Shown in pieces: positions 57,519 to 64,000 of a stretch of 64,000 nucleotides of DNA (position 1 is the stretch's first letter; every line of letters starts with the position of its first letter). Made by a program: the position numbers and the translations under genes. The notes beneath the pieces are model-generated. The model was not told the origin of the DNA. It ran no database searches and was given only the letters and a program-made list of their open reading frames with translations. This DNA is from Anaeromyxobacteraceae bacterium (lineage in GTDB: Bacteria; Myxococcota; Myxococcia; Myxococcales; Anaeromyxobacteraceae): NCBI GenBank assembly GCA_032654565.1, contig JAULAX010000018.1:64001-128000 (forward strand). Direction: 5' to 3'.

Positions 57519-58120
57519 GCGCCCGCTCGCTGCGGGCCGAGGCCTTCAACCTCCCCAACGCCATCACCATGGCCCGCATGGCCATGATCCCGGTGATCCT
57601 CTGGTTCACCTACTACGAGTCGCGCCGGGCCAGCTTCATCGCCGCCATGCTCTTCGCCTTCACCGGGGCCACCGACTTCCTCGACGGCTGGGTGGCGCGG
57701 CGGCGCGGGCTGGTGACGGTGATCGGCAAGTTCCTCGACCCGCTGGCCGACAAGCTGGTGGTGATGGCGGCGCTGGTGATGCTGGTCCACCTGGGGCGGG
57801 TGGCCGCCTGGGTGGTGATCGTGGTGATGGGGCGGGAGTTCATCGTCAGCGGCCTGCGGACCATCGCCATGAGCGAGGGGATCGTCATCGCCGCCGGGCA
57901 GGAGGGGAAGACCAAGACCATCCTGCAGATCGTCAGCATCACCTTCCTGCTGCTCCACTACGCCTACCCCATCGACTTCGGCTTCGCGCAGGTGGCGTAC
58001 GACGCCAACAAGGTGGGCACGGTGCTCATCTACCTCTCCATGGTCTTCTCGGTCTGGTCGGCCTGGGCCTACTTCTCCGACTTCCTCAAGGCGGTCTACC
58101 GGCCGGCCCAAGGGCCTTGA
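57515..58120 (+). CDS. pgsA: CDP-diacylglycerol--glycerol-3-phosphate 3-phosphatidyltransferase
   Basis: NLPNAIT.AR, TDFLDGWVAR, GKFLDPLADK, GREF. Confidence 0.96.
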   Translation: MSARSLRAEAFNLPNAITMARMAMIPVILWFTYYESRRASFIAAMLFAFTGATDFLDGWVARRRGLVTVIGKFLDPLADKLVVMAALVMLVHLGRVAAWVVIVVMGREFIVSGLRTIAMSEGIVIAAGQEGKTKTILQIVSITFLLLHYAYPIDFGFAQVAYDANKVGTVLIYLSMVFSVWSAWAYFSDFLKAVYRPAQGP

Positions 58121-59592
58121 CACCCCTGACGCCCCCCCTCTATAAACCCCCTCCTCGCGACCTCGTACTCGCGACCTTCTTTGCGGGAATAGCTCAGCGG
58201 TAGAGCATCGCCTTGCCAAGGCGAGGGTCGACGGTTCAAATCCGTTTTCCCGCTCCAGTTCGAACCCCCGGTAACCACATGGTTGCCGGGGGCCTTTCTT
58301 TGCCCTGTCGCGGCGGTGGCCGAGGACGGCGTCGCGTGGCTGGCGGCGGGTAGCAACCGGGTAACAAGGGGCCCCGTTTCCAGGGTCCCGGCCGCGCGAC
58401 CCAGGGGGGCCGACGCAACGTCCATGGCGCCGCCCGGGAGCGTCGCCATGGCTGCGCGCAGGTCCTCGACATCAAGGTGGCCGTAGGTGTCCAGCGTCGT
58501 CCTCACGTTCTTGTGGCGCAGGATGCGCTGGACGCGGTGGGCATCGATGCCGTTGCGCAGGAGCAGGGTCGCGGTGGTGTGGCGCAAGTCGTGGAAGCGG
58601 AGCTTGCGCGGGAGCGGGCGGGGCCAGAGGGCCATGCCGCAGGCGGGGCAGCGGCGCCGCTCGGCGTCGGCGTGGCGCTCGACGTTGGGCGTGCCGCGGG
58701 AAGAGCAGCGGCGACAGGTGTGGTCGTACCCGATGACCAGCCCGGCCCGCGCCAGGGCGGTGCGCAGGATCTTCTGCGGGTCGGTCCCCGGAGAGCGCAT
58801 CCGGCCATCCGGCCAGGGGAAGACCAGCTCCTCGCGCGACTCCATGGCCCCTTCGAGCCAGGGCACCAGGCCGGGCGCGACCGGGATGGCGTCGGTGTGG
58901 CCTCCCTTGGTCGTGTCCCGCTCGTAGGAGCGGCCCACCACGATGAACCCCCGGGCCAGGTCCACGTCGCGCTTCTGGAGGCCGCAGAGCTCCCCCTTGC
59001 GCATCCCGGTGTAGACGGCGGCGGCGAAGAAGGCCCGCCAGTCGTCGGGCACGTGAGGGAGCAGCTGGGCCACCTCCTCGGCCCGCAGCGTGTCGTAGGC
59101 GCGGCGGGGGACGCGGCGAGGCTCCACCCCCTCCAGCGGGTTCGCCCCGGTCCAGAGCCGGGCCTTCACTGCCCTGGAGAAGACCGTGTGGAGCACGGCG
59201 CGGAGCTTGTTCACCGAGGCCGGGGCGGCATCGTCTCGCTCCATCTCGCGGAGCCGCGCGTCGACCGCGGCGGCCGTGACCTGGGGGAGCGGAAGCGAGG
59301 CCAAGGGGGTCTTGAGAACGTGGAGGGTCAGGCGGCTTCGCTCGCCCTCCCGGCTCGGGGCCGGGCAGCGTTCGTCGAGCCACCACTCGCAGAGCTGGCC
59401 AAGGGTCCGCGTCGACTCCGAAGGGAGCGGGTCCAGGCCGAAGCGCTGGCGCTCGGCGCGGCGCTCCATGTCCTGCGCGAGCCGCTTCGCCTCGGTCTTG
59501 GTGGTCGCGGTCGTGGCGTGGGAGCGCCAAGCCCCCGTGCCCTCCTTGACCCGCGCGTACCACGTGCCGCGCTTCTGGTAGACGCTGGACAT
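58096..59592 (-). CDS. Tyrosine recombinase/integrase (Mx8/Mx9-type) with Zn-ribbon insertion; ORF runs antisense through the tRNA
   Basis: TGMRKGEL, TTK, FHDLRH, LRH, TYGH catalytic set; CRRC...CPAC insert. Confidence 0.93.
   Translation of the reverse strand: MSSVYQKRGTWYARVKEGTGAWRSHATTATTKTEAKRLAQDMERRAERQRFGLDPLPSESTRTLGQLCEWWLDERCPAPSREGERSRLTLHVLKTPLASLPLPQVTAAAVDARLREMERDDAAPASVNKLRAVLHTVFSRAVKARLWTGANPLEGVEPRRVPRRAYDTLRAEEVAQLLPHVPDDWRAFFAAAVYTGMRKGELCGLQKRDVDLARGFIVVGRSYERDTTKGGHTDAIPVAPGLVPWLEGAMESREELVFPWPDGRMRSPGTDPQKILRTALARAGLVIGYDHTCRRCSSRGTPNVERHADAERRRCPACGMALWPRPLPRKLRFHDLRHTTATLLLRNGIDAHRVQRILRHKNVRTTLDTYGHLDVEDLRAAMATLPGGAMDVASAPLGRAAGTLETGPLVTRLLPAASHATPSSATAATGQRKAPGNHVVTGGSNWSGKTDLNRRPSPWQGDALPLSYSRKEGREYEVARRGFIEGGRQGCQGPWAGR
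58117..58146 (+). promoter_or_regulatory. Sigma70 promoter of tRNA-Gly
   Basis: TTGACA-18 bp-TATAAA. Confidence 0.75.
58183..58257 (+). tRNA. tRNA-Gly (GCC)
   Basis: Full cloverleaf GCGGGAA...TTCCCGC-T-CCA, anticodon loop TTGCCAA, T-loop TTCAAAT. Confidence 0.97.
58265..58301 (+). terminator. Rho-independent terminator after tRNA-Gly
   Basis: CCCCCGGTAACC-ACAT-GGTTGCCGGGGG followed by CCTTTCTTT. Confidence 0.8.
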
Positions 59593-59637
59593 GGGACCTT
59601 TCAGGTGTTGAAGCGAACGGAGGGTACTGAGGAGCCG

Positions 59638-59829
59638 TCAATCGCGCGGCTTGATTTCCTCGTCATCGTCGCGTTTCGCTCCGATGTCGATCGCCTGTGA
59701 AACCGTCTCGAAGACAAAGGCAAGCGCGCCGAAGCCCACTCCCGCACCTTTCAAGTCGAGCAGGTAGAGGACGATGGCCAGCAGGAACAGCCCTATCGAG
59801 AACCAGTGACTGCGCTTGGATGTGGCCAC
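59638..59829 (-). CDS. 63-aa two-TM small membrane protein
   Basis: GGAGG RBS, GTG start; WFSIGLFLLAIVLYLL and AGVGFGALAFVF, acidic tail. Confidence 0.55.
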   Translation of the reverse strand: MATSKRSHWFSIGLFLLAIVLYLLDLKGAGVGFGALAFVFETVSQAIDIGAKRDDDEEIKPRD

Positions 59830-59887
59830 TCGGGAGAATCCTCCGGAGTCAAGTAGATCACCAACCCCGGGTGGGAGGCAACGCGCC

Positions 59888-60169
59888 TCATCGACATCTC
59901 GGCAACTGAACGACTTTCCCGCCGGGCTCGCCCTGGACGAGGGCACGAACCAGCGCCGGCCGGAAGCGCACGCTGCGCCCGACGCGTACGGGTGCCAGCA
60001 CGCCTGAGCGTGCCGCCATGTAGACCCAGCTGGCCGACACGGCGAGGAAACGTGCCACGTCCTGCACGCGCCAGAGTGCCTCCTCGTGACCGGCACGCGT
60101 GCCCTCCACGTGCGCGGCACGCGTGAGGTCCATGGCGACCACCGTGCGGCCAAACTCCTGAGTGTTCAC
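59888..60169 (-). CDS. Excisionase-like HTH_17 DNA-binding protein
   Basis: LWRVQDVARFLAVSASWVY...VRVGRSVRFRP; GTGA overlap with rep. Confidence 0.85.
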   Translation of the reverse strand: MNTQEFGRTVVAMDLTRAAHVEGTRAGHEEALWRVQDVARFLAVSASWVYMAARSGVLAPVRVGRSVRFRPALVRALVQGEPGGKVVQLPRCR

Positions 60170-61362
60170 GCGTCGTTCTCCTCGTCCAGTGCCCGTGCCG
60201 TGTCGTTTGCGTGCCTGCGTGCCGCCATGGACGTGCGCTGCTGCTCCCACGCGGTCACGCGTGCCTCGGCGCGTGCCTCCAGGGTGGTCCCCTTTCGCGA
60301 CATGTTGTGCTGCGCCCGCGCGAGCATGACCGGCACGGCGGCGTCGAGAGTGAGCGGAAGCCGGCCGATGAAGTTGAGCTCGGCCAGACCGCGCGCCAGG
60401 TAGCCTGCCAGGGCCGCGTCGGTGAACTTGGCTCCGGCCTTCTGCTCGGCTCGGTAGAGGTCGGCGTCGGTCCCTTCCCAGAGCCCGGAGGCGAACCCGT
60501 CGTCCCGCAGGGTGGTCCAGGCTGGCGTGAGGATCTGCCGGGTCTCCCGCGTTCTCCGTTCGCGCACCGTGAGCCAGCGCCCCGCGAGGAACCGCCAGAG
60601 CCCTTGACCCAGGTCGAGCACGTCGAGCCAGTTCTCCAGCGGACGCCGACCCTGGATGATCTCGTCGCTCGACTTCAGCCGGAGCTTTCGGAGCGCCGGT
60701 CGCCTCATCTGGAATTCCAGCCTCCAGACCGGTTCACCGTCACGGAAGTTCTTCGACGTGCGCCACACGTCCAAGAACCACTCCTTGCGGCTCACCTTCA
60801 GCTCCCTGGTCTTGTCGTAGAGCCGCGCCACCACGTCACCCCGGCCGATGGAGAAGCCGGTGAAGTGGGGGCCGTCCAGATGGAGGTCCCTCCTGGCAGC
60901 CCGGGTGACGATCCTGGCGAGGTCGGCCACCTCGGGCACCCATCCCTGGAAGTCCACGGTGAGGTCGACGCGGGAGACCTGGAGTTCCTGCTGACCGGTC
61001 CTCCGCGTCAGCTCGTCAGCGACGTGCTGGGCCGCGGCCGCAGCGGCGTCCATGCCGCGTTGCCAGAGGTAGACCGCCCTGAGCTCCACCGTGACCGTGG
61101 GGAGGTTCTGCGGGGCGTTGGGGCTCACCAAGACCGCCATGTGGTCGGAGTCGAGACGGAGGGGGGCGGTGCGCGCCCCGCTTCGCTGGACGGTCAAGGT
61201 GTGGCCGGCAATGTCGATGGTGGGAAGCTGGGCGTTCCTGTCCAGCTGGCCGGCCTCGGCCTTCGCTTCGGTGAGCCGGTCGGCCCACACGGTGCGAACC
61301 AGCGCAGTCGAGAACAGGTGCAGCGTGTCGATACCGGAGACCAGCACCCGGAGGTCGCTCAC
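60166..61362 (-). CDS. Rolling-circle replication initiator/relaxase (Rep_trans family)
   Basis: GIDTL, VSRVDLTVD, TGFSIG, ARLYDKTRE (catalytic Tyr), VWRLEFQMR; GGAGG RBS before GTG. Confidence 0.8.
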   Translation of the reverse strand: MSDLRVLVSGIDTLHLFSTALVRTVWADRLTEAKAEAGQLDRNAQLPTIDIAGHTLTVQRSGARTAPLRLDSDHMAVLVSPNAPQNLPTVTVELRAVYLWQRGMDAAAAAAQHVADELTRRTGQQELQVSRVDLTVDFQGWVPEVADLARIVTRAARRDLHLDGPHFTGFSIGRGDVVARLYDKTRELKVSRKEWFLDVWRTSKNFRDGEPVWRLEFQMRRPALRKLRLKSSDEIIQGRRPLENWLDVLDLGQGLWRFLAGRWLTVRERRTRETRQILTPAWTTLRDDGFASGLWEGTDADLYRAEQKAGAKFTDAALAGYLARGLAELNFIGRLPLTLDAAVPVMLARAQHNMSRKGTTLEARAEARVTAWEQQRTSMAARRHANDTARALDEENDA

Positions 61363-61570
61363 GGCAGCCTCCGCACACTCCAGGGACGGCGTTGTACAAC
61401 GGGGAGCGCGCGGGGCCAACGCCGGCGTCGTTCTGGCAGGGGCTTGCTCATCGGAAACTCGGGCCTGCACGGAGGGATCTTGGGGAACCGGAGACGCCGC
61501 ACCGGTGGACCCGGCAGGAGGAGACCGTCGAACCCGTGGGGGAAGTCCCAGCGGACCCGTGACGCGAGAG

Positions 61571-61594
61571 GGTCGCGTGTTACACACCGCGACC
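61571..61594 (-). other. Putative double-strand origin / nick-site hairpin
   Basis: Minus strand GGTCGCG-GTGTGTAACA-CGCGACC upstream of rep; the TAACA loop resembles pT181/Tn916/ICEBs1-type nick loops. Confidence 0.6.
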
Positions 61595-61741
61595 TAGCTG
61601 CCGTCACGGCAGCGTTTGCAGCGAGCGCGGAGCCGGCCCGCAATGCGCCACGATGTTCCGACCCGGTGGAAGGGGCGTCGCCCTCGGCGAACGGGTGAAG
61701 GGGAGGGGCGGCGAGCGAAGGCAGGTGCACGGGGGTTCCTT

Positions 61742-62026
61742 TCAGGTGAGGGGTGAAGCCGGCGCGGCGCCCGGGGTGGGCTCCCTGCCGGGGTTCGATT
61801 GAGAGGTGCGAGGCAGAGCGGCCGCAACGGCAGCAAGGTCGTCGGCAGGGACGGCCAGCGCCCGGGCGAGCCGGGCGGCCATGTCGGGCGAGAGGAAACC
61901 ACCGCGCTCAACCAGGCTCACCGTCGAGAGGGAGCAGCCAGCGCGGACGGCCAGCGAGACCTGGGAGAGGCCGGCGCGGAGTCGCTCGCGGCGAAGGGGC
62001 GTCTGTGGGTGGAGAGGCAGCGTCAT
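61742..62026 (-). CDS. XRE-family HTH regulator
   Basis: LRRERLRAGLSQVSLAVRAGCSLSTVSLVERG. Confidence 0.85.
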   Translation of the reverse strand: MTLPLHPQTPLRRERLRAGLSQVSLAVRAGCSLSTVSLVERGGFLSPDMAARLARALAVPADDLAAVAAALPRTSQSNPGREPTPGAAPASPLT

Positions 62027-62108
62027 GCGGCCAAGATGCGGCCGCAGCGTGAGGATACAAAGGAACGCCGAATCCCGAATTCGCGAGATTCCGCGCTCAG
62101 CGTTCCGG

Positions 62109-62732
62109 CTAATTCAGGAGGCGGATTCTCTGGCCCCTTGCGGGCGGCTTACGGATCCCTTCGAGCTTTCGCAGCAGCGACCGGAGCGCCCGTGCGTCCA
62201 GGCGGTGGAGACCGCGCTCCATCTGGCTCAGGTGAAACCGAATGATGGCCCGGAACTGGTCCGGAGTTGGGGGCCGCCGAGGCGAGCGCTTGACGAGAGG
62301 CTTCATGAAGGCGACGAGCTCGAACATCTCTCGCGGCGAGTTCATGGATAGGTGCTCGCCCATCCAGGTCTCTCGCTTGCGAGCCCGGCGCAGTGCTTCG
62401 TCCCAGGCCTTGCGCATCGACTCGAACTGGTCCGCCGACCGCACCTTCCCGTTGGCGGCGGCGACCTCCAGCAACGCCGCTGCACCCCCGGTGATCGTCA
62501 CCTTGTGAACACGCTCCAGCACGAAGAGGATGTCCGCCGCGCAGGTCTGGCGCTCCTCTGCGTCGAGCCGGTCGAGCAGCGGGCCCCGGTTGCCGCCATC
62601 CTTTGGGCCGAACGCCAGCCGGAAGGTCGCGCACGCTTCCGCGAGGGCCGCCTCTCCAAGCTGGAGCCGGCAAGTCTCAAGCGCGAGCTTGGCGGTGGTC
62701 CAAGGATGGATTTCCCGCTTCCGTTGTCCCAT
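62109..62732 (-). CDS. Hypothetical protein of the integrated element
   Basis: 207-aa ORF MGQRKREIHPW..., co-oriented with the element core; no family recognised. Confidence 0.5.
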   Translation of the reverse strand: MGQRKREIHPWTTAKLALETCRLQLGEAALAEACATFRLAFGPKDGGNRGPLLDRLDAEERQTCAADILFVLERVHKVTITGGAAALLEVAAANGKVRSADQFESMRKAWDEALRRARKRETWMGEHLSMNSPREMFELVAFMKPLVKRSPRRPPTPDQFRAIIRFHLSQMERGLHRLDARALRSLLRKLEGIRKPPARGQRIRLLN

Positions 62733-62943
62733 GAGCGCTCCTAGGCGCGTTCCCAGAGGTGAAGATGGCAGCCAACAGCCTGGAAAGCATGCCTTCGGCT
62801 GGACGGCCCAACTCGCAAAGTGATCTCTCCAGATCACCGCTCAGAACGTCAAGAACACTTAGGGACCAAACGCTCGCGAATCAGCGATGCGCCTACAAGT
62901 CGTGGTATCAACACGGGCGCCGACCCGAGCAGCGTTCGGAACG

Positions 62944-63912
62944 ATGCCCAAGACCCTCGCAGTTAGATTCCTTTGGTGGAATATCACAGGCTTCGCCCAC
63001 TACGAGCGGGCGAGAGCTGCTGAGGAGCGGCGGCCAGGCTCCAAAAAGGCCTACCGATTGCGCTGTCGGGAAGTCGATGCTGCGCTGCTAGCGCTATTCC
63101 GGCGGCGAGGACGGCCGTCAGTGCTTGGACTTGCTGAGGTGACCTGTACTGCGGCCGAAGAGCTAAGGGACCGACTGCTCCCAGGCTACGAAGTACTCTC
63201 ACTCGACGTGGTCCCGCCTCAGTCGAACTTCCACGTCTGCATAATCTACGAAGCGAGACTAGGCTTCGAAAATCCTCAGGCAATTGCGCCTTCCGAAGGT
63301 GTCCCGGTCGGTACTCGTGCAGCGGCGGCGGTGGACCTCCACTGGGGAGCCCACGTGATTCGCTTCATCGTTTGCCACTGGGTCGCGCGAATCGGCAAGA
63401 ATGCGGATGAATACCGCGCCACCGTGGCCAGTCACCTTCGTTCGAGCATCTTCGACTTCTTGCATGGAACGCAAAGCGCCAAGAGACGCCACGTTGTGGT
63501 TCTTGGTGACCTGAACGACGAGCCATTTAGCAAGTCGGTGCAACTGCTGCATGCTTCCCGTAGTCGCGACCGGGCCGGCGATCGGCTTCACTATCAGGAT
63601 AAGGCAGTGAAGAAGTCTCGGTTGTACAATTGTGCGTGGCGCCTTCTGGGGGAAAACCTACCGCACAGGGCAAGAAGAGGAGGGCCTTCGGTTGCCGGAA
63701 CCTACTACTGGGGTACAGAGAAGGAGTGGGTGACGCTCGACCATGTCATCGTCAGCGGAGGCCTGCTGGCGCACTCAGCACCATTCCTCGATGAGCGCAC
63801 CGTCGAAGTAGTTGCGATTCGGCCACTAGTAAACTCCAAGAGCCAACCGTGTGTGTCAGATCACCTGCCTATTGGCGGTACGCTTGTGCTCCCGGCAAGG
63901 AGGAAGCCATGA
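62944..63912 (+). CDS. Endonuclease/exonuclease/phosphatase (EEP) family protein
   Basis: WWNI, GLAEV, VLGDLNDEP, LDHVIVS, SDHLPI; visibly lower GC. Confidence 0.85.
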   Translation: MPKTLAVRFLWWNITGFAHYERARAAEERRPGSKKAYRLRCREVDAALLALFRRRGRPSVLGLAEVTCTAAEELRDRLLPGYEVLSLDVVPPQSNFHVCIIYEARLGFENPQAIAPSEGVPVGTRAAAAVDLHWGAHVIRFIVCHWVARIGKNADEYRATVASHLRSSIFDFLHGTQSAKRRHVVVLGDLNDEPFSKSVQLLHASRSRDRAGDRLHYQDKAVKKSRLYNCAWRLLGENLPHRARRGGPSVAGTYYWGTEKEWVTLDHVIVSGGLLAHSAPFLDERTVEVVAIRPLVNSKSQPCVSDHLPIGGTLVLPARRKP

Positions 63913-64000
63913 GTCTGAAGGACAAGTTGAAGGCAACGGTTCAGCAGGCGAATGAGGCCTTTGAGAAGGCAAACGCCGACCTCAGCGCACTGGTGGGGGA
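63909..64000 (+). CDS. Hypothetical protein, partial, translationally coupled to the EEP gene
   Basis: ATGA overlap, AGGAGG RBS; MSLKDKLKATVQQANEAFEKANADLSALVG. Confidence 0.7.
   Translation, partial: MSLKDKLKATVQQANEAFEKANADLSALVG

Larger units (their letters stand above)
58258..64000. mobile_element. Integrative rolling-circle element inserted at tRNA-Gly, right end outside window
   Basis: Integrase, excisionase, Rep_trans, XRE regulator and lower-GC cargo next to an intact tRNA. Confidence 0.85.

Noticed and set aside
58258..64000. Complete prophage
   Set aside because: No terminase, capsid, tail or Zot-like gene is visible in the window; cannot be excluded beyond 64000.

Overview
Very GC-rich chromosomal window from a myxobacterium, most like Anaeromyxobacter (MYXO-CTERM protein, bactofilin-padC locus, Mx9-type integrase). 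The core genes are groES-groEL with a CIRCE element, rpoZ, aspartate kinase, uppS-cdsA-dxr-rseP-tsaB, an asd-like gene, bactofilins/padC-pyrE, nadB, and slt-TPR/AIM24-pgsA-tRNA-Gly. Accessory blocks are: (1) a 5-gene Lol-like ABC/OM system and a TetR-controlled RND pump; (2) a small probable ribbon-helix-helix regulator whose own start and a neighbouring divergent promoter carry tandem 8-bp TGGTACCA boxes; (3) a ~3.1 kb island of three toxin-antitoxin modules, each preceded by a shared repeat, with a tRNA-Pro fragment and IS3 debris; (4) a DnaD-like plus DnaC/DnaI-like pair; (5) a 4-gene exopolysaccharide operon (ATP-grasp, OM barrel, TPR-TM-PIG-L fusion, processive GT2-glycoside hydrolase fusion); (6) an element integrated at tRNA-Gly (integrase reading antisense through the tRNA, excisionase, Rep_trans rolling-circle initiator with a nick-site hairpin, XRE regulator, low-GC EEP nuclease cargo) that runs off the window end. 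All family calls come from motif recognition by eye. No database search was run.
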